A stretch of 64,000 nt of DNA, taken from assembly GCF_009914755.1 (NCBI RefSeq), contig NC_060933.1. One strand, 5' to 3'. Made by a program: the position numbers and the translations under genes. This document shows positions 45,733 through 63,744 of the stretch, piece by piece. This DNA is from the human T2T-CHM13v2.0 reference genome, Homo sapiens. The notes under the pieces were generated by a model. The model did not search any database, was not told the DNA's origin, and saw nothing but the letters and a program-made list of their open reading frames with translations. Positions within the stretch are counted from its first letter, which is position 1, and each line of letters opens with the position of its first letter.

Positions 45733-46737
45733 ATTTAGACAGGGTGTATTCTGGCAGGGGGCACATGCATTTCATTATATTAGTTACATGACAACCTTCT
45801 TTTGAGTTCTTAGACATAGTGAAGAACACTCCAGAACCTTGAGTCTGGCATGTAGTAGGTATTTGGTCACTGTTTGCTGAATACAGGAAAGCTTCTCTGT
45901 CTATATTTTCCTATGGTGAATTTTTCTGAATTTATGTATTCTTATCTATTTTTAAATAACTGTTTTATTTTAGCACTTATGAATTTTTAAGTTTTGTTTT
46001 TGTTTCACATTGTTCTGAAAGGACATTAAAAGCAGATCGGGAAAAGAGCATTTAGCCCCAAATGTAGGTTTAAACATATTTTCAGATATTCTTAGTGTTT
46101 GTCGTGTATCAGTTTGTTATTTTATTTTCATTCTCTTGCACTGAGGGTAATTTCCAATAAAAACTCTGGAGAATTTAGACAGCTTTTGTTTTAATTAGGA
46201 AGCTATTTCACTTGCACTCTTGTACTACTGTTGACTCAAATAATTAACAGTAATGGCTGAATAATTTGTTCTTTAAAAGTAAACAACCTCCCTTTGTAAT
46301 CTAGAAAAGAATCAGCTGGTGATACACATGGAGTGTTTGCTCCAAGAACATTTCTCATGGTGTGGAAAATGGCAGTGGTGGCCTCCTGGCTTTCAGGCTG
46401 AAATACATTTAGCTGATCTTTGTCGGCAAAGGTGTCCAACAATAGCAACTGCTTATGACAACTAATTTTAGGAAACGTGTGTAGTTAATTTGAAATATCG
46501 CCCTGGGCCGTTCAACCTTGGCTGAATAAGGATGTTTTCTTTTAAAATCAGTACTTTGCTTCCCTCAGTGATTATTCCCTATTAGCCTGCCAAGAAATAT
46601 TATTTCCCTTTTGTATGATTTGATGAAGTACCTCAAAAATCTCCTGGTTATGGTCAACATTTCATCTGATAGGAAGCGAGTGTATCTTTCTGGTATACAG
46701 TGAGGCATGAGGACACACAGCTTATTTTAATCTTCAA

Positions 46738-47651
<914 letters not shown>

Positions 47652-48157
47652 TCATCAGTTTTGTCAGTGTACATTCAGCAGCTACTACACGCTAGGCATA
47701 GTGCCAGGCAGCCCTGGGGATATAAACATGTAATCTATCACCGCTGTTAACCTACTGGTGATTTGAAGACTGCATCCCAGGAGACCAATGATAGTGATGG
47801 AAATTGGTAGGGAAGGTTGCTTTAAGGTCTTTAGTATCTTCTATTTGCCTAAGAGAAAGAGAACTTTTGGGAGAAGAAACCATACATTTTATCTCTTTTC
47901 ATCTTTATGCCTTATGTTATCAGGAAAATATTTAATAGGAGTTGCCAATAAGGTTGATAATTCTAGACCATCAAAACCATAGAGGTGTGATGTCAGGTGT
48001 AGGAAGAGATGGGAAACACGATGTAAAATGTCTGCGTGGCTCACATAGGAAATCTGTGCTTAGAGTGCTGTGGCAGAAGTAGAAATTGCTGTCAGCCAAC
48101 TGATTTTCTGATTCTTCTGTCTATAAAAGCTGTGCCCATTGTTAACTTAGGTGATAA

Positions 48158-48488
<331 letters not shown>

Positions 48489-49589
48489 AAATGTTAAAAG
48501 TATTTTTGAGCTTCTCAGAGGAAACCAATGAACTGAAGTTCAATAATCTGTGGTTTGTGTTACAATATTTTGAATCCTTCCGGAGACTGAATGAAAGATA
48601 CATATTTAAAGTGAATGCAGTAAGTAGGAAGAGGCACTGCTTCAGCCTGGTAACATGCAGTTATTGCTTTGAGGGTCTTGCAGAAAGAATATGCACATTG
48701 AGTAAGTAGGAGAAGGTGTGTATTTTGGAAAAATCAATCAACTTAGTTCAACTTGAAGGTTTTCCTATCTGAAAAGGGATGTATCAAAAGATATTTTTTC
48801 TTAGGAGGAAAAAATCCACAACTCGCACCAGAGCATTTCATTGAGAATTACTGTTATTTACGTTTTGGAATTTACATTGTTAAAAAGAGAGATTTTGGAA
48901 AGGCAGGGGTGGGACTAGAATTGTGGCTTGCATGTTGCCTATAAACATAGATTCCTTTTTTTAGATGTCTGTGTTTCTTAGTGGATTATGTTCTTAAAAT
49001 AGAACATACCACATTACTCTCTGGTTTGGCAGGGTGTGGTGTTTTGTTTACTGCTTGGGTCAATGTTCTATGAACATGAATCTTTTCACAGAGAATCCCA
49101 GGGCTAAAAGAATTCTTAGAGGTGAGCCAGTCGAGGCCCCAGCACCCGCTTCCCAAAGGCTCTTCCTGCCAGCCACCAGGCCTCATGCTCCAGTGGCAGT
49201 CCAGCCCAAGCGACAGGAAACTCTCCCTTCTTTTAACTGGAATCTCACATCCAGTGGCTTCTCTGCTTGTGCTGGGTCCCTGCTGGGGCTTCCCAGAATT
49301 CTGTGCAACTCCTCTTTCCTGTGAGAGCCCTCACGATGTTAGAGATTTGGGGTGGGGTTCTCATGCTCACTCCAAAGCCCCTACCTCTCCAAACCTTCCT
49401 CACCATGCTAAATAGCCCCAGTTCCCCCATATGTGTTCTTATTTGATAGTTAAAGCCCTTTGCCACTGATTTCAACCTTTTAATGTGTGCAGTCAAGAGA
49501 GAAACCTGTGTTCTGGTCTAGAACATCACCTATCTGGTTCTTTGGTTCATACTTTTCTGAATATATCCCAAGGTAGTGCAAGCAGTGGC

Positions 49590-49864
49590 TTTTTGTTTTG
49601 TTTTGTTTTTTTGAGACAGAGTCTCGCTCTTGTTGCCCAGGCTGGAGTGCAGTGGTGTGATCTTGGCTCACTGCAACCTCTGCCTCCTGGATTTAAGCAG
49701 ATTACAGTAGTGTGCCACCACACCCGACTAATTTTGTATTTTTAGTAGACACAGGGTTTCACCATGTTGGCCAGGCTGGTCTCAAACTCCTGACCTCAGG
49801 TGATCCACCCACCTCAGCCTCCCAAAGTGCTGGGATTTACAGGCTTGAGCCACTGCACCCAGCC
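49590..49864 (-). mobile_element. AluS with ~30-bp internal deletion, TSD AAGCAGTGGC
   Basis: Sequence jumps from aagca directly to gattacag. Confidence 0.92.
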
Positions 49865-50189
49865 AAGCAGTGGCGTCTTAACATAAGAGGGTCAGGCTCT
49901 AAAACACCGTAGGAAGTGAAATCTGATATGGTATAAAAATCACCCTTGAGATCACCTATAAAATAAAGTATATAAAAACAACCAGTAGTTTTGTGTCAGA
50001 ACCCTTTGTAATAATTCTTACGTACAATAAAGTTTAGAACTGCTGATCTGGCCTAAAGAGTAGAAATAAGGGGAAAAATCTCATCTACAAAAGACTTCTG
50101 CATAAAGATAGTGGATTGAACACAGGCATCTACTTGCGCCCACCACCAAACAAAACATCATTTAAATGATACAAAGAGAATTTTTGGTT

Positions 50190-50820
<631 letters not shown>

Positions 50821-51149
50821 GGGAGTTTTTTTTAAAAAGGCATAAGTCTATAAACACAAGCATAACAGAAAACGAGGCAACAACAGCGTGGTTTTTGGCA
50901 TTAGGATACAGGGGTGTGTGTGGCTAAAATAAGGAGGCCTAGTCTGTTTTAATAATGTTGAAACATTTCTGAGCCTTTGCACTTCTTTAGATGAATCAGT
51001 TGGTTCTCAGCCTTCCCCATTGACAGCCTAGGATACTGTTTTGTTTTTGTTTTTAAGTCTGCAAAGTTTTTTGTTTTTTGGTTTGGTTTGTTTTTTTTCC
51101 TACTTATCTGTCTGCTTTCTATCTTGCCAAGTTTTGTTGAAAAATTCCA

Positions 51150-51980
51150 TTGGTAGCAAAGAGAAGATCCTACCTATAAGCTTCCAGGGGGATAAAATAG
51201 ATCACATACAAAGAGTCAAGAATAAAAATGGGCTTGACTTCTTAACACCAACACTGGCAGCTAGAAGACAATGGGAACAAGGCCTTTGATAGCATGGAAG
51301 AGCATGATTTTAAAACTAGAATTGTATATTCCATCACACTCTTGTGAGGGTAGAATAATGCATTTCACACATAACAAGTTTTCAGAAAGTAACTGGAGAA
51401 GATGGTCCACTGAGATGAGGGAGTAAACCAGGAAAGAAAACTACCAGCGGTAGAGCAAATGGGATATCCAACCTGAGAGAGGCAGAGGAAATTTCTAGAT
51501 GCCTAGGGCGGGAACTCCCAGCTGACCGCTGTGCTCCTGAAGCATGCCAGAGGCTCAGGAAGTGACTTCCTTTGTAAGGTGGAGTTGATAGAATATGTGA
51601 GGCATCTTGGTGTCATGAGAAGAGATTTAGAGATATGATGGAAAAGTTTAGGCTTGAATTAGCAAGAGCTATATAAAACACTAAGCAAAGGTGGGGAAAT
51701 ACTGTTACTAATGCTGAAAACAGTAAGATGTTCAGGAAAGGAAAACTGACCATCATTCACCATGTGGCTTAGCTGAAAGTAATGTTATGTTATTATAATA
51801 CTGATCTTCAAAAGTTTCCATATAATTATATTGGGAAGAGTACCCTCATATGGTGAGGGCATAGATAGGAAAAACCATTAAATTATCATTCTCCATATTG
51901 AGAAGTTAATAAATAATGCCAACAATGGAAAAATCACAAAGAAGCAATGTAAATTGTTACCAAAAATTACCTAAAAGAGG
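51150..51980 (+). mobile_element. Ancient L1/HAL1 ORF1-region remnant
   Basis: gacttcttaacaccaacactggcagctagaagacaatgg...ctagaattgtatattcca. Confidence 0.55.
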
Positions 51981-51994
51981 TTAAAGTACCAAGG

Positions 51995-52637
<643 letters not shown>

Positions 52638-53283
52638 TTACTCTTGGGAGGAAAAATCGGAGGGAAGCAGGCCGAAGTGGTGACCCGTAGGAATTGTTGT
52701 TTTCTGTACTATTAGGCGCTTTAAACTATGTAACTGTATGTCTTTAATAAAAAATAGTAATTAAAGTTAAAGAGAATGTGTACAAAGGAAAGGGAAAGGT
52801 ACTGGAGGATATGGTCCAGCAAGGTGAAGGGGTAAGTTGAAAAAGTATAAGAGGTGGGATACAGGAAACCAGGGATATAGAAACTCAAGAAAATATAAAG
52901 TCTAGCAGTCAACTAAGCAAGACTGGAGCAGGAAGACCCATGGCTGTGGGACACAATGGAACAGGTGGATTTCTTGATGTATGGATGTAGAAAATACTAC
53001 TGTGATGTTTCACCGATCTGGAACTTTGGGCCGAGTTAGCAATATGTAAGTAGAAAACTAAGTAATTGAGGAATATAGTTAACTTCAGAGGAAAAAACCT
53101 CAGAAAATTAGACAAGAAAACATAGTATACTCTGTAAGTCTTCAGTGCACAAAATTTATATGAACCTAATAATAAACACTGAATAATAAATTTGTGAAGT
53201 AAATAAAAATATTGGGAGGACAAGTTGAGGGGGATGCCAATGGATAATGCCTAAAACTGATAAATAGAAAGCAAGATAGCCTA

Positions 53284-53703
<420 letters not shown>

Positions 53704-55214
53704 TTAACTCTTAAACTCTGTTTGATTTTTAAAAACTATGTGCTTGCTATTTGCATTTTAATCTAATGAAGGTAAAAATGGATTAAAATATAAAAAAGAA
53801 AAGCCATCTATATGCAGATGTCTGGGCAGTATAAAAGGTCTGAGAGATGTGCTTAATACTATGATTATTAAAGAAGTTAATGTCTATGAGAGCACCCAGC
53901 ACATAGTAGGCACTAAATAAATGTTTGCTGGATTTGAATCTAAAGCATGCTTGATCAGACCTACATAGAGGCAATTCCTTGAAAAGCTGCAGAGAATGAC
54001 TTGTACCATTTGCTGACTTTCCAAGATGGCATTTCTTGCTGGGGCTCCACTGATTATTACTGTTGTACCTGTGGGCATTGGGCTCATGACCCCATAGGTG
54101 CGTGTGTGTACATGCACATGCATTAAGTTGCAAAGTCAGTCTAAATGACTTGACTATCAACCTGTCTTTGGCAGCCATATCACTTTTGGCCCAGTTGGCA
54201 CCATCAGGTTTCTGGACACAGAGGCAGTATTTTCCATCCCTGTCCTACAGAGTGTATTTGTCTCAAGTGTTATGTACTTTTCCAGTTTCTTTGCCCCCAG
54301 TAAATCTCTAGGGTCATGAAGATCATTACAAAACAGATAGTCATTTCATCTCTCTTCTTAAAGCCTCTCACCCATTGCCCTAGGAAGAAGACCCCAAATC
54401 CTTGGCATTCAAAGCCTAGGTGGTCAATGATTTGACCCCCTACCCATTGCTCTGGCTTTATTTCTTGCCACTCCAGACTTCACTGTTTACACTCAAGTAA
54501 AACCAAAGTAATTGCAATTCTCTGTAAACACTACGCCATTCCATACCTCAGGTGACTTTGCTCTTGCTATCCTTCCTGCCTGGACTAACTATCTCACATC
54601 TCCCTGTCACACCCAACTCCCAATTCTCTCCACCATGCTGGTCCTTCTCTCTAACATGGCTAACTCTACCCCACTTTAAGACTCAGCTTTATCAGCCCTT
54701 GCTATGAGAAGCCTTTGTTGATCACCCCAGGAGGAGAAAGGTGTCCCCTTTTGTGCTCTCCATCAAGAGCATCACAGAACTAATGCATCATCTTAATACT
54801 ATTAATGTGTCTGATGTGTCGGAGAGGCCCCAAAGGTTTGAGGACCATGTTTGTCTTGATCACTGCACAGTACCTGACCCAGCTCATTCCCAGTAGGGCT
54901 GGGACTAATCTTGCAGGTCTTCACAGTTGCAATCATTTGTTCAGAGGTGGCTCTTCCCCAGTCTATTACAGAAGCCTCATGTCTATTCTTGGAGAGTCCC
55001 AAGACCATGGCCTCTAAGGTTCCAGCCTTATCGTGGTTTGGAGGCTCCTTCAGTTCCTTGTCATTTGAATGCAGAACTGGATGCTGTGAATGAGTTCTAG
55101 AACATGGTTCCATGGGGCAGAGTTCTGACTTTAAAAAAGCCATTTACTAACCAAGCTGCATGGATTTCTCTTTTCCCATTTCATCAAGGAAGCACCCCGG
55201 CTAGGTGAGCTGGT

Positions 55215-55480
55215 TCATTTCATTCATTGACTCAACAAATATTTACTAAGTGTCTGCCATAGGCCAGTTACTGTTCTAGGCATGTAGGAGACAGTAGTGA
55301 GGAAGATGGATGAGGTTTCTGTCCTCAGGGACCTGAGATCGTAGAGGAGGGAAGCAAACACAGAGCCATTTGGAGTGGTAATAAGTGCTGAGAAGGGAAG
55401 AAAGGGAATGTGGGATGAGGGGGCTGCTTAGATGTGCTGATCAAGGGAGGAGGTCTCTGAGACAACAGCATTTGTATTGT
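55215..55480 (-). mobile_element. L2 3' end
   Basis: cattcattgactcaacaaatatttactaagtgtctgcc. Confidence 0.7.
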
Positions 55481-55514
55481 ATGGTTCTGAATTGCAAAAA
55501 AGAGCTGTTCAAAT

Positions 55515-56140
55515 TGTTATCAGTGGAGGGTGTCCAGGTTCTTGGCATCTTGAACAAAGAATTGGACAAAATGCACAAACAAAGGAAGGAAAGAATGAAG
55601 CAACAAAAGCAGAGATTTATTGAAAATGAAAGCACACACCACAAGGTGTGCCTTCACAAGCAGCAAGCAGCTCAAGGGACTGGTTACAGAATTGTCTGGG
55701 GTTTAAATACCCTTTAGAGATTTCCCATTGGTTACTTGGTGTATGCCCTATGTAATGAAGTAGTGGCTCATGATTAGTCTGATTGGTTGCAGGAGGGGAC
55801 CAATCAGAGGCTGAAGTTACAAAGCTACACCCTATGCAAACATCTGATTGTGGAAAGCAACCAATCAGAGGCTGCAGTGAAGTTACAAAGTTATACTTCT
55901 ATGCAAATGAAGATTTGGCCCAAGGCCAACCTGATTGGTTGTGGGAAGGGAGCAATCAGACATAATTTCAATTTTTCATCTGCCACACAAGAAAAGGGTG
56001 GGGGATTTGCAAAGGGAGTAGTTCTGGTCCTTTTGTTACTTTGGTGTGGAAAGTTGAGGTTTTCCTTTTGATTCAGTTCTAGGTAGTCAGCGTGAATTGG
56101 CTTTAGGTTCCCTGCCTCTAGACCCTATTCTCCTGCCTCA
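55515..56140 (-). mobile_element. MER51-type (ERV1) solo LTR, 626 bp, 4-bp TSD AAAT
   Basis: TG...CA termini; minus strand begins TGAGGCAGGAGAATAGGGTCT; AAAT at 55511-55514 and 56141-56144. Confidence 0.88.
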
Positions 56141-56154
56141 AAATAAAGAGCTAT

Positions 56155-56648
<494 letters not shown>

Positions 56649-58896
56649 GCAATGGGGAGAAAGGGCACTGGGGAGGCGGATGGGAGAAGCAGTAAGAAAG
56701 GGAAACTAGATCACTTGTTGGAGAGCACATGTATGCATTTCAAAGAACTGCCTCCTTTAATTTCACTTGTTGAAAATGGGGCTGAAGCCAAGACTAGTTA
56801 TGTCTGATAGAATGTTTTAAAGTGGAATTAAAATGATCTCTAGAGATAATATAAAGCAGGTAAAAACCAGCCATGAAAAGATCTTTATTAAGGAATATGG
56901 CATGGCTACAGCAAGTCCTGAGATGGAGATAAGTACTAGTTGATTCCAGGGGCCAGTGGATGAGGTCACAGTTACCCCTTGGCCTTAGAAGGAGGAAGCC
57001 AGACATCCTAACTCTGACACCAGGAGCATACTTTACCTAAAATCTTAAAGACAGGACAATGTTTAAAAAAATCCCTTCTTAACACAATTCTTAACAAAAA
57101 TAGGATTTTGACTTTTGTGTCTTAGGAGGCTAGAATTGTATTCTCATGCCATTACCAGGAACGGCTGTGCCTTGACTTCATTTTGTATCGTGTTTCACAA
57201 GATGCTCATCCCTTTTTGCACCTGCCTCTTTGCTAAACAGGTTTTCTTCCTCTCTGTAAAGGTGCCTTTGTTTGAACCAATAGTGTTACTTCTCTTTACT
57301 GTAAACAGTGTCCAGTGACTCTTCCTTATCGTGGAGAGCCAGCAGCCTTTTACAGGAGGAGAAAAGTCTTGAAGGTCACTTTCTGATGTTTACATTATAA
57401 GTCATCATGACTTTAAAAGATGAAAACTAAAACAACAACAACAAAAAACCACAACTGCCTACTGCTTACCCAGGGCATGTTATCCTATTACATTTGAATT
57501 CAAGTAACAGCTAGTATTTGTCAAATCATAATTGATCTGATAAAATGTAATCTGATCATTAGTAGCTGTGTAAACGTAAATACACTCGACTCCTGTTTCA
57601 TTTGCCCTTGAAGGCTGTAACATGGTTCCAAAGTGTACCTTTGAACCGGAGAAGTCGGGCCGGTTCACATTGCAGCCTGTGTGCTTCCTGGGGCAGCGTC
57701 CACCAGGTGTGTGCGGGCAGGTACAGGATGCGAGCTCAGTCCTGCTTCCCCTGAAATCCTGTGACCTGGCAGAGGGCTGTGTTCCTGTGTCCTTACATCG
57801 GATGTCCTACTGAAGAAAGGGAAACTGGGACGAAGCTGTAGGCACAGTGGGTTCTGAAGATCAGATATAACTGAGGGAAAGTTAGGTCATGATTGCCACC
57901 TGGATGCTGTTCTCTCTCTTCACGGTAGGTCTCAGTTACTTTTACTGTGGACTTTTGCTTGCTGCAGAGGGAACTTACACCTTTCATGCCTCAAGCTCAT
58001 TAAGGCACATTTCTCTTTTATTCTTCAGGGACATTGCATTTATGAACTCAAGGCATTGAGTCACCCAGAGAGAAAAAGCATATCCCAAACATTTCAGTTT
58101 CTGGGAGTTCTAAAAAGCTAATGTTGTGTTCCCATGGCCAACATTTCTTTAAGAGAGGTAAAGCAGAATAACTCTAGGTCTATAAAAATGCTGATCTGCT
58201 TCAAGTTCTAAATTTATTGTGAATTATTTATTTTTCCCTAGTAATTACTGTAATACCTTAGTACCTTCAACTTATATAGCATTTTTCAAGGAGGCAAAGC
58301 ATCAGTAGAAATGTTCTCTGGGATTTTTTTACCTGATGTTTTAATGCTGTGATGATTTCTCAGCCCCTTAGTAATAATGTTAGATGCACTGTGGAAAAAC
58401 TAGGCACGTAGCTGTTAAGCTGGGAATGTATGAACGGTATACATGCTATGCTTTAAAATCTAGCTCAATTTTTTTTTTTTTGCATTGACCTTGAACATGC
58501 TGACAACATAGGTCGGCATGGGTAAAGCTAAAGAATGGCCTTAGGGTTTGAAAACAACTACATGAGCTCTGTTTCAGACCTGCTGCTAGTCGGGCACTTG
58601 GCACTTTGCAGGGATTTGGGGCAGGTTTTATGTTTGTGTGCTTCTCTTAGAAGTCAAAGAGTTGGTGAGGTAACTGCAATCCTGTCTATATCAGTGTAGT
58701 GATAATGCAGTAGTGTAATGAAGAATGGAGCTGCACGTGTGAGGTTTTTCAAGTCCACAAAGATCAGGTATTGTCTACGGTCAATAAAGATTTTTTTAAA
58801 AAACCCTCTTAACTAAAGAGAGGTAACTTCCTTTTCAAAACTCTGAAATTTACATGTGCTGACTTATAATGTGTGTGATCCTCGTTGCTTTTCTGA

Positions 58897-59269
<373 letters not shown>

Positions 59270-59376
59270 AAGATTTATTTATTTTTTACTTACACATAGT
59301 GAAATTCATTCTTTTTGCTGTACATCTCTATGAGTTTAGATAAATGCTTACAGTTGAGGAAACATCACCACAATCA

Positions 59377-59934
<558 letters not shown>

Positions 59935-60109
59935 TTAATGAATGTAGAACTGTGTAATGTATTATATGCTTTTTTAAACCCAAAGAAATTTGTAATAAAT
60001 ACTTTAGTTAGTAAAAAGAATATACTGAAAGTGAAAAAAGTCAATTTTTTGCACTTTAGATTTTTTTTTAAGTGAGCTTAGTTCTGTGTGGTTTTAAGGG
60101 CAGTGAAAT

Positions 60110-60600
60110 GCTGTAGAAGGACTGTAATCTGCATAACTCAAACTGGCTTAATAAGTGGAATTTATTGGCTAATATCACTGAAAGGTAAAGGTACAGGGAT
60201 AGACTTGAGGCATTGTGGGATCTAGAAATTCAAACGATGTTATCCGCCTCTCTTTCCCCACTCAGCTGTGTTTCCCTCTGTGTTGGTTCTATTCTCTAGT
60301 AGACTCTTGCTTGCTGTATCAAGGTGACTGACAGCAGCTTCCGGCTTTTATTCTACTTTCTCAATTCCGTACAGTTCCAACAAGTCTCAGAATGGGGTCT
60401 CATGGGCTCTGATTGCTTCTCCTGCTCCTTATGACCCCCAGGGATGGGGTGGGGGTGAGCGGCAGTGCTCTGATTGGTCAGACTTAGGTCACCTGCTCAC
60501 TCCTAGAGCTGAAGGAGTGAGAGCTCCCCCTAGACCACGGTGCAGAATGAAGGTAGAGAGTGGCAGAAGAGGTGGTTCTTTAAGGGAAATTGAGGGACAT
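60110..60600. mobile_element. Old MLT1 (J/K/L-type) LTR remnant
   Basis: aactcaaactggcttaa...tttattggct and tctgattggtcagacttaggtcac motifs. Confidence 0.6.
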
Positions 60601-61432
60601 GTATGTCAGATCAAGAAAACACATGTCCTCTGCAGGGACGTTCAGGCCATGTAGCCAGTTGTTGTCTTTGTTTTTAAATAATTTTTATAAACACCTACCC
60701 TAGGCTAACCTTCCAAATAAGCAAAAGTTTCAGAATTGATAGTTGATTGATTGATTGTTTTATGGCTTATGAGATGACAACTGTTTACTGGATGTGAGAT
60801 GTAATATTTTGGGAGGAAAATAGTGGAAATTGAGTGACTGCGGGACTCGGCTAAGATGGGTAGATGGGGCATGAGGAGAACTGGTCCTGTGTCTGTCAAG
60901 GGATCAATGAGTAAGGAAAAATGGGCTTCAAGGACAAAAAGCCAGGAGAAAAGAAAAAGAAGATACCAGAGATTGGCAATTGACCAAAAATTTAGCAAGA
61001 TTACCATTGCTGAAATAGCAGAAATATTGTCTTGGATAGAAATGCTATCAGGGACATTTAATGAGAATTTATGAAGATTCAAGGCTGGCATAGCTACTCT
61101 AATCATGTGAAGAGTGATTGCATCTAGAATAAAGCCCAGATTCCCAAACCTGACATTTGTGATCTGGGGCCCATCTCCCTCTCCAGGCTCATCTCCCCTG
61201 CTGCTGCCTTGCACCTTACAACGAGCTGTTTGTAGTCTGGAAGGCATCACACTACCCTGTTTCCTTCACTATTCATGCTCTCTCCTCTGCCTGGAATCCC
61301 TCTCCCGTTGACCAGACTCATCTTTTAAGACTCAGTTCAGATGACAGTTTCTCTGAGAAGCATTCTTTGATTATGCCTCTCTGGCTTAAGAATTCCTCTT
61401 CTATACTCTCGTGATACCTTGTGCGTCTTTCC

Positions 61433-61636
61433 CAGTGGTCTCAACTGAGGGCTGTTTTGTCTCCAAGGGGACATTTGGCAATGTTGGGATACATTTTTGA
61501 TTGTCATGACAGGTGAGCGCTACTAGTTGGTGGAAGCCAGGGATGCTGCTTAATATCCTTCATACAGCACACAGGACAGCCCCAACAAAGAGGCACCTGG
61601 CCCCAAATGTCAATAGCACCGCTGTTGAGAACCCTG
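61433..61636. mobile_element. MER20 inside an L2 fragment
   Basis: cagtggtctcaac...ggggacatttggcaatgt...gttgagaaccctg. Confidence 0.85.
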
Positions 61637-61887
61637 CTTACCATTGCACTGGCAACATTGTTGGATACATCTGTTTTTAGTCTTATCTTCACCACTAGGC
61701 TGAGGCCCATGTGTGTGATCTGCATCTTTGTATGTCTAATACCACAATGCACCACTGTAGGGTAGTTCCTCAGGAGAGAATAGTTTAAAGATGATTGTAT
61801 ACATTTTCTTAGGATAGTGACCAATGAACAAGGCAACTGGAGGCCGTACTCGTCTTTGCGCTAGGTAGCCTTAAACTTGAGGCTCTC

Positions 61888-62294
61888 TGTATTAGTTAGT
61901 TCTCACATTGCTATGAAGAAATACCTGAAACTGGGTAATTTATAAAGACAAGAGGTTTAACTGGCTCATGATTCCACAGGCTGTATAGGAGGCATGGTTC
62001 TGGTATCCGCTCAGCTTCTGGGGAGGTCTCAGGAAACTTACAAACATGATGGAAGGCAAAGGGGGAGTGAGCACTTCATATAGCCAGGGCAGGAAGAAAG
62101 GGAGTGGGGAGGTGCTACATACTTTTAAACAACAAGATCTTGTGAGAACTCTATTATCGGAATAGCACCACGGGGCGGGGGGGCGGGTAATCTGCCCCCA
62201 TGATCCAATCACTTCTCACCAGGCCCCACCTCCAACATTGGGGATTACAATTCGACATGAGATTTGGGTGGAGACACAGATCCAAACTATATCA
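61888..62294 (-). mobile_element. MST (ERVL-MaLR) solo LTR
   Basis: tgtattagttagttctcacattgctatgaagaaatacctga...cagatccaaactatatca termini. Confidence 0.9.
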
Positions 62295-63744
62295 CTCCTT
62301 TATCTTGCCATGCCTTTGTCTTCTCACTCTTCTGCAAAAAGAGCTTTGGGGTTTACTGTAGCAAATAATGGAAAACATTAAAGAAGTATTGTTAGCATAG
62401 TTCTTTTGCTTTCAATTTTTACCTAAGTTATTGTCCAATTTTACATTCTGAATGGTGAACTGGGTGGCCTGGCCACACTATTTGGCTGCCTCTGGCAAAA
62501 ACTTCTGCCCTCACTTCTGACCATTACATTTTCCCCCTACCGTATGTGTAGTACTCTGGATTGGTAACGTTTGATGGGAAAGAAAACAAAATCAGAAAGC
62601 AACGATTCTGAGAGCAGGAATAAGGAATGTTAAGTCCCCTTTTTGACGGCTGGGCTTTTTTTCTTATGCCAAGTTTAAGTGCAAAGCAGCAGTTCCCTTG
62701 TGCCCTGGGACTTTTGCCTAGGAACAAGGGACTGCCAGAAAACCTCAGAAAATCCCCATGGAGATGTCTCTGAAAACCATGTAAACAGGGACATTGTCTA
62801 AGTGGGTCATCCTGAATATATGATGCAGGATGGAAACCTATTTAGTTATTGAATATTTCAGATTAAGAGGACACCGCAGCCTTGCTTTGCACAATCTTGC
62901 TAGCTTTGTGAGTTTCACTGGGGATTGGAGGGGAGGCCCGCCTTCAACTTGAGCTGCTTGTGTTTTGGTTGGTGGTAATGCCTTAGAAACAGAAAGGAGC
63001 CAGCTCCCCTTCAGCCACTCAGGCTTCTGCCTGGGTTTCCTTTTAACCCTGGAATTTCATGTGGACCCTCAGCTATGAAAACAGATCACATATGGCCTGC
63101 TGTCAAGCATAAGAATTGCCTTTTTGTTCTTGGGGAATTGCACAAAGCAAGTAGGAGACGGGGAAGAAGACCGTTCTAAGCAGGAAAATATATTGCATTA
63201 ATTCTTCCCTTCCATTGCCTCCTCCCCATCTTGTGCTATATTCTGGTACTAGGACTTTTGCTTTTTTCTAGGCTGAATCACATTTGGCCATAGCAGAGGA
63301 AAAGTGATAGCTGTTAGGGGTCTTGGAAGGAGTATTGAGTTCCTAGAGTGGGACCATCTTGGCCAGGCCGCTTCTTGTCCTCTTTTGGGGCTGGGACTGG
63401 TATGATGTTGAAGTAGCCCATCTCTAAGTCTTCCCCTCCTCCCTGCCAGCTTAATTGTGCAACATTGTTCAATCAAGTCACTGAATCATCAGCCCTGTGA
63501 TATCTACAAGCGCATGCATGTGTCTGAGTGAAGTGAGCTGGGCAGTTCCATGATACCCTTTTCTATGTATGGAGGGTGAGGTGTTTCTCCTTGGTTTACC
63601 CTGACCAATTTATTATTACTGTTCCAAAAAGGAAACTGCATGATTAATGTCAGAATCAGGTCCAAAGGCCTCTGGCTCTGGTGATGGCTAATGTGATTTG
63701 GATCTAGATTCTGTTTAATAACCTGCCAAAGGCACCTAGCTCTT

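Noticed and set aside
60705-61250. 181-aa minus-strand ORF
   Set aside because: Non-ATG start, no recognisable family, no splice context.
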